From NCBI GenBank assembly GCA_963693365.1, contig CAVNZM010000005.1:10024334-10088333 (forward strand): DNA of 64,000 bases. Reading direction: 5' to 3'. The DNA comes from Amoebidium appalachense. Taxonomy: Eukaryota; Protista; Ichthyosporea. Shown one piece after another: positions 48,655-63,144 of this stretch (the stretch's first letter is position 1; the number at the start of each line of letters is the position of its first letter). The position numbers and the translations under genes were made by a program. The notes beneath the pieces are model-generated. The model worked only from the letters and a program-made list of their open reading frames with translations. It made no database searches and was not told the DNA's origin.

Positions 48655-51148
48655 CCCCACCCACCCACCCAAACCAACCAACCAACCAACCACCTCCTCC
48701 ACCACCACCATGGTCACACATACCACCGTCCACCGTCCACCACGCCCAACATACTCTATATGAATTCACATGCCCCACCATATGGCCACCCACAACCCAC
48801 CCCACCCATTCACTCGCTCAACACACGCACAAAAAAAATAAAGGTACCCGCTCTTCCCTTTTGGGTGGTGATTCGCAGCTCGGGTCTCGGATCACGATCG
48901 TGAGGTTGGAAGACCGCATAGAATGCGAACATGTTTAAAAGTACTTTCTAGCAAACAAGTTGGACAGCGCATATGTATGCACAACAACAACAAACCCATA
49001 CGCCCCTCGATCTCCCCTCTCTCTCCCCCCCCCGTCCCACCCAAACCTCCCCATCTCCCACCAATTCACCCATTCACCCACATGATCGAAACCGTCATCA
49101 TAACCTTGAAGCCCATACCTCCAGCCTCCTTTTAAGTTATCTCAAAACAGGCTCAACCTCGAGCGAAAAATTGTGGTGTTGCGGATTCCTTTCTATGATC
49201 AACTCCTACACTCCTCCATGTCTGTCACAATCTCTTCTAGCCTGTCCCCCAAACTTCCCCTCTTCCCCCTTTTCTTCTACTTCCCGGCTAAATAATGTCC
49301 CATGTGCCCACTCATTCACACCCAGGGCTTGCAAGCGCTTGCTTGAGCCTGCCCCGATTTGAACATGTAGGGTGTCACTGCTGGCTCAACACCTTGGCCG
49401 TCAATACCCCTTTTCACACCAAAAATCTCAATAAGGAGTTCTGGTCTCCTGCTTGCACATTTTGGTGACGGGTTTAAACAATGCACTTACGTTATGGAAC
49501 CAACCTGTACAGATCTGGACAACACTACATCCAGCACAGCCTGGTGCATGCTGTTACATGCTGTGTGGGCTGGCTATCTCACATCGTTATCTATCATTTT
49601 TAAGCAGTTAGTTTATTTTTTAAATACAGCAACTGTGTCTGTATTATTTGTTTTTCTTAACGTGACTCGAGCATACAGCTTGTAGGCCTACTGGGTGCTG
49701 CAAAGACTAAGAAAGAAAATTGGAGACCTGGTGAGAGACTGCAGCTGATGGCTGAGAGCTGATGAGTGTGCCACTGCCTCTTATCAATTCGCGGATCACG
49801 AACCATGACCAAAAGAAGTACTGGCACAAAGCTTGTAATTAAGTTTCTCTTACTATTGGTTAAATTAATAAACAAAAATAAACAGATGGTTTAAGGAGAA
49901 TTATAAAAAATTGTGTGATGTATAAAATAGTATTATCACAGCTTTTAAAGTTTAGCCTTGAGCTCCCCTCTAAAGAAAGCTGATGATACAATTTTTTAAG
50001 ATTAATTTACAGAAAACTTAAAGGCTAGTTATAAAATACAGAAGCAGTTATTAAAGTTTATGTCTAAAACAGAATGTAACATTATGTTGCCGTTTGTTGA
50101 TGCGGTTCTAACCAATCACTAACTGGTGCGATGTTCGCTCGGTTGGCTCCAAACCCTTTTCCAACCTTCGTTTTATCTTTTCACCGGCTCGCTTTGAAAG
50201 GGCCCACCTTTCCGTTCCCTTTCCTATTCCCTTTGGCGTTGCTTCGTATAAAATTCGTCGCTTTTGGCTCAGTTTCTGTTTCCCTTTCTTCTTTTCCACC
50301 GAGCATTTACCAAACAGGTATGAATCGTTGTTTAACAGATCTCCAAACGGAGCAAGGAACAGGACGGCGACAGCAAGGATCTGTGTAGATGTTAGGAACT
50401 TCCTTGACCTATTCGTAGAGGATTCTTTTAGCTCTTACATGAACAGGTTTTTTTGTATCATTTAGCATACTTCTCTTTGTGGCTTCTGTTCCCGATTACA
50501 ACCCAACCACATAAGGAGTCGGACACACTGGTTAAAAGAACTGTAACCTTCGAAAAATTGTGGTTCTCTGCTCACTGCTAGGAAAGTGTGAGCTGGTGCA
50601 GGTGCATTCTGAATCTACAAGCAAATTTTCTCCGTAGAACCACTTGTACTTAATTCTTAGCTTTTGAGCTTCGTGTGTAATCTTATAACCATATCATACA
50701 CATGCTGATCGGCCTACAAGCCGGGATCCTTCAAGAAGCACACAGTGTACACATAACATCGCGGCTGCTGTGAACACTCGTCGTTTTCATAGCCATTCAG
50801 AGATTCAGACATACACGGGACAAGTTTTCTCCGGGATCTAATGTGTAAATCAGCTCTTGCATTTATAACTGCAAGGTGTCTCCTGCCGTCACTCATGCAC
50901 TTGTCTTTTCTGGTTAATCTTCCTCTGGCCAGCAGTGTGCTGCTACACCACAGCCTGAGTCATGCTTCACACTTATCACTTCTCAATCACCAGAATCCTG
51001 TAGAGCGATTCACGGTGCACATCTTGCTATACTCTGAAAAATGTGCATAAGGGTCCACACCTTCCATATCTTCCCATGTTCGCAATTTGCTGAACTACTT
51101 TTGCTTCCCGCAGATCTTGCTCGGTTGAGCGGTCACGTTAACTCCAAA

Positions 51149-52730
51149 AGTAAGTGCCCCCCGGTTACTTCAGGGGGGGGAAGGTGAAACGGAGGTATTG
51201 GGGTGGGTGTTGTTGCCTGCATCATCTGAGCTGCTTATGTGAAGTACTGCTGGATTGGGCCTCTAAAACTTTGATCGTTGCTTGATGATAAGCTAGTTAC
51301 TGTGACACATGAAACTCAAGGGGGGAAATGAACGCACGAGAGCAGCTTCGGCATTACTTTAAACGTTTTAGTCTAGTAGTAGGAAATAGGCTATCTACAG
51401 TAGCAATCTGTTATATCGTAAGTAAGGCTGACAATTTTTTTTTCCTTTCTTTTCTTTTTTTTTTTTGCAGTGGGTAAGCAAGGTATCGGTCTGCGCATGC
51501 AGAAAAACGTAAGCCCCCCCCCCCCCCCCCCCTCCCCCCCCCCCTCCCCCCCCCCCCCCCCCCCCCCCATTAGGTTTTGAAAGGGTATCATGGTATAATT
51601 TTTAATGCATGCGCCATGATACGCGCATTCGCGCACAAGACACACCCGATTCTCACCATGCAGCCTTCCGCCCTTTGGGACCCGGTCATCCCCCGTTCAT
51701 TTTAATATTGCACCGACTTATGCTCCATACTGTGTGTGTGTGTGGTGTTTGTTGTGCATCGGCACGATATCCGTTGTGGAATCGTATATCTCACTGTTAA
51801 CAGCACTCTAAGCTCCACCCCACCTCTCCCCCCTCCCTCCCTTCCCCTTACTCCCCCCCTTCCCCCCTCCCCCTCCTCCGCTCCTCGCCCCTTCATTCTA
51901 GCGCATTCTTCCCACCCTCCCCCTTCCTCTCAAATGTGTATTGCGGTTTGGCTGCTGCTTTATATTCCGTAATGCACACATGCATGTCCCTCTCCTTCCA
52001 CCCTATTCAAACACTTACTCAACCCATTTACCATCGTATTTAGGTACTGCTCTGAAGTCTGCCAGCGTAAACTGCCTTAGAGCGTTAACACATGTGCTCG
52101 AGCATCCCCTTTCCCATGTTTCCCTTTTAATATTGCATCTGACCAATCATCTCATTGATTGGCTTCTGGCTACGCGCTCTAGCCTTGTGTTATACTACAT
52201 ACTCTTCACTCTTCGTGTTCAGTTGCATGTGCAATATTTAAATACTGAAACTGCAGCGCCTAGCTACTCCCTAAACGAAACACGTCTCTACATAGGTTTT
52301 TGTCACTTTAATCAAAGGCGCGATCTAGGAGCAACAACTTACAGTGTGCTACATGCTGGCTAGATCATGCATACCACGTAAACGAACGACAGACGTATAG
52401 TATAGTTTTCTGGCACACATAAATCGAGGGCGCAAAATCTGGAATTTAAAACTAAATAACCGTTTTGTGCATGGTGGGCAGATCATGGGCAAGATGGGGG
52501 CCAAGACGGTCAAGGCCATCATTGACGAGGAGACATCGGCCATGCTGGACGATGTGCACGACCTGTGGCAGCTGCAGACCGACGAGAAGACTGCTGACAA
52601 ACTGCTCAAGGTCTGTGCATGGCTCCCAGTTGGGGAAGGGGGGGGGGGGGGGGGAGGGGAGGGAGGGGGAGGATCTGTTTATCTGAGTTTTGTTCTTCCT
52701 GCGCTTCTTTTTTTCTCTTCTTTTGTTTTC

Positions 52731-52762
<32 letters not shown>

Positions 52763-53174
52763 GGGGGGGTGGGGGGGGGGGAGGAAGGGGGGGGGGGGGG
52801 GGGGGGAGAGGGGGGACGGTTACTTGAGCATACTAGACTACTTTCTCCGCTTCTAGTTAGGGGAAAGGGAGGGTGAGGGTTGGAGGTGGTCCTTTTCTGG
52901 TTTTTTCTCGTTTTGCCTGTCTCTTCTCTATGATTCTTCTGTTTACACGATGTTTTTTTGCTTTATTACTCTGCCTCTTGTTTGGGAGAAGGCGGGGTGG
53001 GGGTGGGGGGAGCGGATTTTTTATGTGCCTTTGCTTTTTGTGCTTACCTCTTCTCTTCTCCCTTTTCCACGCGTTTTTGTTGTTGCTTTTGCTTTTGCAT
53101 TTTTTGGTTTCGATTTGCTCCTGTTGTCTGGAGGAGAAAAGAGATGGGATGTTCAACTTGCAATCCCCCCCCCC

Positions 53175-53205
<31 letters not shown>

Positions 53206-53277
53206 ACACACTCCCTCTCTCCCTCTCTCTCTTGCGCCCGCTCTCTCGCTTTCTCGCTTTCTCGCTCTCGCTCTTGC

Positions 53278-53314
<37 letters not shown>

Positions 53315-53408
53315 GCACATTTTTCTTTTTCCTTCCTCCCCCCTCCCCCCCACCCGGCTCTTCCCCTTCTTTTACGTTTTTTTTTTTTCGCCTAGCTTAC
53401 CCGAGAGG

Positions 53409-53449
<41 letters not shown>

Positions 53450-53591
53450 TTGGGGTGGGGGCTGGGGAGGGGATACAGTTGAAAGCACTCGCGTGGCGCA
53501 GACATCTATGGAGTTGCTGAGTGCTGAAAGACCTGAACATGCACACGCTAGCGCTCAGACTACGCAGCCCACTTGCAGTTGGAAAAGGGGG

Positions 53592-53622
<31 letters not shown>

Positions 53623-54566
53623 GCTCTTCCAGATTCCCCGCCCTTACCCTTTTCTCGAACCGGAGGGAGGGGAGGGGGGGGGGGGATTACCAGTATGAAC
53701 CTGCTGGTTTAGTTCAGCATTTCCATCCTTCACTATTCACATTTTCCCTCTTCCCTTATTTGCACCAGTTTTTTTTTTTTTCTTTTTTTTTTTTGTTTTT
53801 TTTTGGAGGGGGGGGGGGAGAAAGAGAAAGAGTGAGTGAGATTGGTAACCTTTAGGCGCATGCTGGGTTTATCATGCATGTTCCAATGGAAACCAAGAAG
53901 AGAACCCACCAGAGCTTTCCTTACCCTTTCACACCCTCAGAACCTGATTAAGATCGTGGTCAAGCTAGTGCTTCTTCTCAAGAACAAGCAGTTCAACACG
54001 GACGAGATTGCCATGGTGGCCAAGGCGCAGAACGAATTCAAGAAGATCTCCATGACCATCATCAGCTTCTACGAGGTTATTGGGTCGTTCGACACGGAGT
54101 TCCTCAACAACGAGTTCAAGGACTTGCACACTTGCCTTGAGGTACATAAGCGTTTTTTGAGGCTCAAGTTTGCCTGACGTGAACCCACCGCCCCACCCTC
54201 TCTCTCCCTGCTCCCCCTCCTCCTTTCCTTCTCCCCTCTCCCCCTTACCCCCCCCCCCCCCCCCCCCCCCCTTCCCCCCCCCCCCCCCCCCCCCCATCCT
54301 TCAGTCCACGTACCCATTATCAATAAGTGCTCACACTCTGTAACACATTCTAACTTAGAGCCCCCCCCCCCCCCCTCCCCCCCCCCCTTGAGAATGGACT
54401 CTGTTTATGATGCATGCTCTTCATGTGCGCTAAGCTTTGCAGCCTGCATGGTATCGTCCGTCATGAATGTGAACTTCGTACTCTGTAACCCCCCCCCCCC
54501 CCCCCCCCCTCTGGGGTAGGGATGATTCCATGTTGTTTTTCCTGCATGTTCAAGTACCCTTGAAAG

Positions 54567-54606
<40 letters not shown>

Positions 54607-54690
54607 CCCTGCCCCCTCCCCCAACACCCACACACACCCCACCACCACCACCCACCACACACACACATAAACACGCATAAAGACCGGTGC

Positions 54691-54722
<32 letters not shown>

Positions 54723-55318
54723 ACAAGCACTACGCCCACACACACCGTGATCCACAGACGTGGCGGCCAAAGGCATGGGCGCAAATGTGCATCACCACCA
54801 CCACATCTACCTTTGCTTTCTCGTTTGAAATACTCCACGCTACTGCCACACAAGTGCATCACACACACACACACATATGGTCCGAACTCCGACACACAAA
54901 CATGAGCACCGTGAGACCCATGTGCCGGTAGCGCGTATCCGCCCACCCCGGCTCCTATCAACACAACATTGCCCCCAAGAGCTAACAAGCCACAATATCG
55001 ATGCACTGGGCAAGGATTGGCCCGCCGGCACAAGTCAACGATCACAGGCACAAATTGAAAGGGGGGGTTTGGAGAGGGGGGGGGGGGGGGGATCTTTTTT
55101 GCCCAGTTTCCGCAAACACTTACCCGCAAATCGTACAGACTCTTCTCAAGCCGCACCTGACGGAAAAGAGTGTGGGCCGCCTAGCCAATGTGTTCGGTCA
55201 CCTGATGAAACCCGGGCTCATGCAAAAGTCCTTCGACCCGAAAAACGAAAAGGAGTACGAACTTGTTGGGTCCATTTGCGCACAGCTGAAGAAGATGGTG
55301 CACGAAAACAAGTTCTGA
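51149..55318 (+). CDS. TNFAIP8: TNFAIP8/TIPE-family protein, about 182 aa
   Basis: Exons 51149 (A of ATG), 51471-51508, 52482-52610, 53941-54141 and 55139-55318 sum to 549 nt in frame. They give GLRMQKNIMGKM, IDEETSAMLD, KNLIKIVVKL..L.KNKQFN, MTIISFYEV..SFD and HLTEKSVGRLANVF, all diagnostic of the family. Confidence 0.92.
54387..54488 (+). mobile_element. Diverged C-tailed element copy (subfamily D) between two C-runs; related copy at about 55830-55912
   Basis: (C)nTTGAGAATGGACTCTGTTTATGATGCA...AACTTCGTACTCTGTAA(C)n. Confidence 0.6.
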
Positions 55319-56001
55319 TTAATCTGTTATCATGTCCTCTGCATCAGTTAGATATAGTAATACTGTGGTTTGTTTGGGAGGTGTGTATGGTAGGTATTGG
55401 GTGTTGGGTAGGGACTTGGTGAGAGGTAGATGATGTGGTATGTACCTCGGACTGTGTCACTACATGTGGGTGTGTTATGTGCAATCAGTCATTTTCACAA
55501 TTTGTGGTATGTGCAAGTATGTACACATTGATCAGATAATTAGGCTTATGTTTCTCGTGTATCGTTGCTCTTTGTTTTCGTCTTTACTTCGCCTGGCATC
55601 ATGATATTACGGTGTTGTGTCAAATTCATTTTCGTATACGTAATTAATAATCCACAAGGTTTTCGTAGTGCCATCTTCTTGAATTTCGAGCATCTAACTT
55701 GGCATTACAGTTTAGTAAGGTGGTTTGTGCGTTTGGCACCCACCTACCTCTATTCGCGGACCCAGTTAGTATGGTGCCCCCCCCCCCCCCCCCCCTCTCC
55801 CCCCCCCCCCCAACCTCCCCCCTCACCCGGAATGGGTTCTGCTCATATGGTGTATGTGCTCGGCAACTTCTGCTTTGTGTTGAGTCATCGTGAATGTGTA
55901 GTACTTCGTACTAGCTAGAACGGTTACCCCTTGCCCTTCTTTACCCGGGTACTCGGGGTACAGAGGATGATTTAACCCCTCCCCCTCCCCCCCCCCCCCC
56001 C

Positions 56002-56071
<70 letters not shown>

Positions 56072-56098
56072 CACCACCACCACCACCATTCACCACCA

Positions 56099-56149
<51 letters not shown>

Positions 56150-56498
56150 ACACACACCCACAAAAAAAAGGGGGGGGGGGGGGGGGGGGGGAAAGAAAAA
56201 AGACTCGGAACACACACACAAAACTTGAAGACAAAAAAACGTTCCACTGAAGCTACCAAAGCAAGGATATATTCGAGTTTTGGTGACTGAGGAGATAGTT
56301 GTAGGTGCTTTTGTGCATCTGCTATCTCTCTTTCACTTCTCCCCTCCCCCCCCCCCCCCCCCCCCCTCATGACATAATATGTGGTTCCGGTTAATCCGCT
56401 ACTCTCTCGTCCTCTCAGCACACACACACACACACACATGTACACACACACACACACACACACACACGAGAAGCAACCAACCTCACATTGTTTTCCTT

Positions 56499-56532
<34 letters not shown>

Positions 56533-57453
56533 GGAGGGGGTTTGGTGGCGATGGCATGAGATGTGGTGGTGGGGTGGGAGAGGGGGGGGGGGGGGGGGGA
56601 AGGGGGGGCTCAGGGGGAGGGGGGACCGGCAGGCTTGTTCTGCTTGTTGATACAGGCTGTGTTTATGCTTTTTGGGTGCTTGCCAATGGTGATTATTGGG
56701 GTACCGGCTGGCGCAAGTGTGTATTTGTGTGTGTGTGTGCGCGTGCGCGGGCCTGTGTGTACAAGTATGTGTATGTATATGTGTGTGCGAGTCAAATCCA
56801 CGATGCACAGGGCTTATGCCTTTTGTATTTTTATTGGTTGTCTCTATCAGAGAACTCGTTGTCACTTCATCGACGTCCGGTAGCACAAGAACCATCAATC
56901 ACATCTATTTTTTTTATTTATTTCACACCTAACGATTGCTATGTCAATGTGGCTGCATGTGTTCTGTTAAAAATGTAGCTAATTTGATTGAATTGGCTAT
57001 TGTACACAAGTATATATATGTTGATTTATTTAGCTTTAGCTATATGTACATTATAAGAGTCCCACACGGGCGTTGATATCTATGTAATCTGAAATAGTAT
57101 ACATAACATATTTCCTCTATAAATCCTTCAACGTAAGCCTGATGCCCTTTCCAATCATCGAGCAAAACTTTAATCACACCAAACACTCAGGAAAAACCAA
57201 GAAATTGTACAAAGATACAACATACGGTAACCATTCAACGTTTGCGATTCCCAAAAACCCGCCAGCTTTCCTCGTGCATAACTGAAGAGCTAAATCAGTT
57301 CTCACTCTACTGTTCGCATATGCATCCGTTTTTGAAGGCAGTTATGACTGTGTGTGTATGTGTGTGTGTGTGTGTGTGTGTGAGTGTGAGTGTGTGTGTG
57401 TGTGTGTGTTTGTGTGCACGTGCGCTTTTCCTGTGCGTGTGCACGTGTGCAAA

Positions 57454-57821
57454 GTGCTTATATATTGAGTGTGTGTGTGTAGTATGCCACCATTTTAAGG
57501 GGGAAAAAAAGTACTTGAAGCGCCTCAATCATGATATGATGTCATCCGATTGTATGCACATATGCATCCACATTTCCAGCTATGCTCAAACGGTTGCATG
57601 TCATTTGAAATGTTCTTAGTACGTGAAAAACCTAGGCTTAGAATGTTTTCACGTACTAAGAACATTTCAAATGACATGCAACCGTTCGAGCATAGCTGGA
57701 AATGTGGATGCATATGTGCATACAATCGGATGACATCATATCATGATTCAGGCGCTTCAAGTACTTTTTTTCCCCCTTAAAATGGTGGCATACTACACAC
57801 ACACACTCAATATATAAGCAC
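57454..57821. repeat. Near-perfect inverted repeat, 176-bp arms and 16-nt loop
   Basis: 57454-57629 is the reverse complement of 57646-57821, with two mismatches seen. Confidence 0.95.
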
Positions 57822-58063
57822 ACACACACATTCTAAGCCTAGGTTTTTCACGTACTGTGTGTTGTTCCTAAGCCATGTATGATAGGGGAAGAAAACAAGG
57901 TCATGGCTATGAACCATAGCAGAAGTAAGAAATCAGCAAAGAGAGAGAGGGGGGGGTATGTGTGTGTGTGTGTGGGGGGGGTTGAGAGAGAAAGGTAGGG
58001 GTTGAGAGAGAGAGAGAGAGAGAAGGGGGGAGGGGGGGAGAGAGAGGAGGGGGGATTCAAAAT

Positions 58064-58443
58064 CTAAGACTCTCCATCCGCCTCAGCGGCTTTTGCAATT
58101 GCAGGCATCCTCGTCATTTGGACCCCGCTTGCACCGCGAATTTTCGCCACCTCCTCCATCTCGATCCGTGCCTCGATCGGGACCCTGCACATCGGGCAAT
58201 CGGTGCACTGCATCACGCACGTCATGCACATGTTGCTATGCGTGCATGGTAAAAGGGTCACGTTGATTGGCCCGTCGAAGCAGATCTGACACTCCTGTGC
58301 GTCGCTATTGGTCGAGACGTTGTCGAGCTGCGGGGATTTGGGCAGTGATTGGAGGATTCTCAGGTGCTCCTCGTGTCGTGTGCGGCCGGATGGGATTGGC
58401 TGTGGGTGACATTGCGGGGTTAGTAATTAATTATATCTAGAAG

Positions 58444-58504
<61 letters not shown>

Positions 58505-59183
58505 TTTGGTTAGGGGGGAAGGGGGGGGTGGGGGGGGGGTGGGGGAGGCACAGATTACATTCATCTTCTCACTTCTGCCTGAAGATAGGGGTGTTTCATG
58601 CAATCACCGTATTCCAATCTGTCAGTGTGATTGAAGTTTGATGAGATGTCAGTGAGTGACTGCTAAGGAGCGGTGAGGGCCTGTGTAAAAAACCTCCGAG
58701 ATGTCTTCAGTGAGTGACTGCTAAGGAGCGGTGAGGGCCTGTGTAAAAAACCTCCGAGTGGCGAAAGCAGGTGTGTGTGTGCGCGTGGGCGAGTATTCGC
58801 ACTCGTCCCTGTGTGCGCCAGCGTGTATTTTAACAGAGGGGAAGTGGGGAGGCAGGGGGGGGAGGGGGGGGGGGGAGGGGGGGAGGGGGTTCTTACCATG
58901 AGGCCTGTGGGGATGGAGCAGCAATTGTTGAAGTTTGAGTAGTGGGGTGGAGGTGGGTTTTTGAATGGCATGGCACCAAAGTTGAAGCGGATGTGTTGGT
59001 AGTTGAATGACGCAGCCGGGTAGTACTTGGTGTTGGCACTCACGGGTCGGGTCGTGTGAATCGAAACGATCTGATGGGTCGACCTGATTAGTCTTGTTGT
59101 GGAAAAGTCATGTGAACATGAGTGATGGGGTGGATGGGTGCGGGAGACGGATGGGGCGGAGGAAAAGGGCATGGGGAATGTGT

Positions 59184-59214
<31 letters not shown>

Positions 59215-60076
59215 AGAGGGAAATTTGATGGAGAAAGAAAGAAAGGGCGTTTTACAGAGTCCAAATCGTAAAACCACAACGACATCCTAACGCGATTGCC
59301 CCCCCCCCGCCCCCCCCCCCCCCCCTCCAAACAGCCCCCCCAAAAGAGAAAGATGAGAAGTAGGTTGTGTATTTCAACACAAGGATAGCCAATCGTTCCG
59401 GAAAGTACATCTTCTACAGCAACCGAAATCCAGTCACCTTGGCTGAAAAACCCAAGTTCACTGGGGTTTTTTTTTTGGGGGGGGGGGGAGGGGGGGGGGG
59501 GGGGGGGGGGGGTGGGTCGGTGGGTGGGTGGGTGGGTGGGTGGGTGGGTGGGTGGGTGGGGGGGGGGGGGGGGGGGGGGGGGGGGAGGACACAAAAGGCA
59601 TATACACCCACCTCTTCGCCATTGACAGAAAATATGTATCTGCCGTAGGGGGCATTTTCGTACAGATCCAAGAAGAACCCCACCGTGTCACCGGGTTTGA
59701 AGCCGTCGGTCGAAATTGCCGGCACGGTCTTATCTCCGTTGCGGTTGCACCAGAGTAGTTGACGTACAGGGTCGAACCTGATTGGATTAGAAGGAATTTA
59801 GAAATGCATACTTCTACCAATCACCTTTAAAGGAATTTCAATTATTCATAAAGTAGTGTTACCACTGCCCGCACACGCACCAAAAAATCTTGCACAAGTG
59901 AGCCAAGGGATAAGAACAGAGGTCAGGTTCCATTTCCTTTGTGCTCACCCCCCCCCCCCCTCCCCCCTCCCCCCCCCCCCCAAAAAAAAACAAAAAAACT
60001 AGTCCTTCTCGAATACACAATTCAACTCACGAACCCATTCGTTGAAAGCACAACCATGCACACACCCTCACACGCA

Positions 60077-60125
<49 letters not shown>

Positions 60126-60248
60126 TACCCCACGGACACATCATCATCCCCCACACCATCTCCGTTTGCGAAATAGCGGACAGTCGACTGAGTCCAACCA
60201 ATCTGGAAGCAGAAGGGACCGTACACGGTGGCCTCATAGTACCAGCAG

Positions 60249-60325
<77 letters not shown>

Positions 60326-60736
60326 TAATGGTAGAATGATAAGCAACATTTTCAGAGTGATCAAAAAACCAATTTGATCCACACTGAAGTGACCGAAAAG
60401 GCTGGGCGCGGTAGTGGTGGCCTTTCTTTTTTCTTTGGGATAGATTGGGTTTTGGGGGGGGGGGAGGGGGGGGGGGGGGGAAGGGGGGGAGAGGGGGGCA
60501 ATGCCATAGTTACTCATCAATGCTCAGGGCGATTTCCAGAGCTTGTGAGTGGGTGAATGTATGGTTGGATGGGTCGTTACGATACATATACATGAAAAAG
60601 GGGGGGGGGGGGGGGGGGGGGGGGATGATGATGGGGAATGCATAGTCCGATTTATGTTGCTGTCCTGTGATATTAGAAGCAGCCCGGTGATGTGCATTCT
60701 TCTCAAATGGTGGAAAGGGGATATGATGGGAAAGAA

Positions 60737-60797
<61 letters not shown>

Positions 60798-60935
60798 TGT
60801 GTTGTGTGTGTGTGTGGGGGGGGGGGGGAGGGGACATATTCATGCACGTACCTGTTGATACCCCCATCGTTGCCCTCACACTCTCAAACTCATGTGTGTC
60901 GTTGCGAACCTGTGGAAAAGACAAGATGGGTGGGT

Positions 60936-60980
<45 letters not shown>

Positions 60981-61315
60981 GTGAGGTTAAGGGAGGAACA
61001 AATCCTTCCAATACATCAAGAGAGGAGCCAGGGGCTAGAATGAAACAATCAAAATACCCGTAGGAACTTATGGCCGTGCACACACCCGAGCAGCACCCAT
61101 CGATGGGTTCCAAGGGGCACTATAGGGCCCCCGGGGGGGTGGGGTTTGGGGGGGTGTCATTGAGTACGAAATTACACTTTCATAGCGAGTCCCCGGAGAG
61201 GGGGGGGGAGGGGGGATCTTAGAGGGATAAGAAAACCTCCATGCTCCACCCACTCTCCACGTATTTGGGTGTCGGTGGTGGTGGTAGTGGTATATGTGTG
61301 TGTGTGTGTGTGTGT

Positions 61316-61382
<67 letters not shown>

Positions 61383-62209
61383 ATTCTACCTCGAGACCGT
61401 CAGGGGATATTTTCACATGCCGCCCAGACTCGGTGTGATCGATAGTTGCACGCACGTGGCTTGTGTCCATAGGGGGTGCCAGCCAGACATCAGACTCAAA
61501 AACTGCAAAAGGTACCTTACGTAAGCATCGTGTGCGCAAGGGGTATATTACATAGGCATTGTGCAAAAGGTCGGTTATAAAAGGGTTGTGTGAAAAGGTA
61601 CCTTTTCGTAAGTAATGCACAGGTTCATGTTTTGCCATTTTTGGCTGGCTACAATATTAACTCGCGTCTACAAATATTAAGTTGAGTTGTGATTTTTGGG
61701 ATGACTTTACACCCCACACAAAGGAACTCAGAAAGCATAACTTATGCAAACACTCTGATCCCTCCCCTTCCCCCCCCCCCCCCCCCCCCCTCTCCCCCCC
61801 TCTCCCCCGTCCCTCTACACATGACTCCCTCTCAGCCCCCCTCCGCCCGACCACACATCACACCACAAACCCTGCGTGTGCACATGTATACGCCAACACA
61901 CGGACATCTACATAGATTCTCTCGTACATCAACACACTTACCTACGTACAGACGTGCACACACGTAAGCACACCTAACACACGTACACTTCAGCGTAAAC
62001 ACGCCTACAGTACACACGTACAGGTAAACACAAGCGCGCACACACGTACACTTAGACGTATATACACACGCATACTCGTACAGGTAAACGCAAGTACACA
62101 CACATACACGTACAGGTAAACGCAAGTACACACACATACACGTCCATGTACACACACACACACACAATCACACATATACACACACATACACACACGTACA
62201 CGTACATGT

Positions 62210-62246
<37 letters not shown>

Positions 62247-63063
62247 TACACACACGTACACGTACATGTATACACACACACACATACATACACATACACA
62301 CACGTACATGAATTCTCCATAACCCAGCTGCAGCAGAACCTCAACTGCTCCAACTGCCGGCTGACTGCCCGCTCATCCGTCGTGCCGTCATCCGTGCAGC
62401 TCGAACAGCACTCAGACTGCATGCCATTGGTCAAAAAATAACCATATATGGTCAGAAAATAGCCATATATGGAAGACATGGAAAAAAAAAAAAAAAAAAA
62501 GAAAGAAACAACAGGATGTCTGCCACTCACTTGGAGGCCAGTTTTTCAGCACGTAATTGTGGCTTAGAGAGCTCCAATATAACGGCTCATCATTGATAGC
62601 AGAAACAGTGTTGCAACAATCCTATAGAGTAGGATGAAAAACAACCATATATGGAAACAAGACAAAAGGAAACAGCATAATCCTGTATACGCAAATGAGT
62701 AATTGACCATGTATCGAAAAGAACAGACGCAAAGACAGAATGTCATCATAAATCACGTAGCAAAACAGACATCTACTGCATAAGGACGAAGAAACTGTTG
62801 ATCAGCAATGTTTTTATTCATTACACTAATAGTGTGATCACCCCGGGAGGAGGGGGGATGCGTGTGTGCGTGTGTGTGTGTGTTTTTTTTTGAAGGGGGG
62901 GGAGGGGGGGGGGGGGGGGGGGGGGGGCAACCTAAAAAAAAAAAAGGAGAGGGGGAGCGACGGGGAGGTAGATAGGGAGAGAGAAAGGGGGTGGGGGCCA
63001 CTGGGGGGGGAGGGGGGGGGGGGGGGGGATGGGTGGGGTGGGGTGGGGTGGGGTGGGGTGGGG

Positions 63064-63144
<81 letters not shown>

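Noticed and set aside
58644-58758. CRISPR-like repeat
   Set aside because: Two adjacent copies with no spacer in a eukaryotic intron; a simple tandem duplication.
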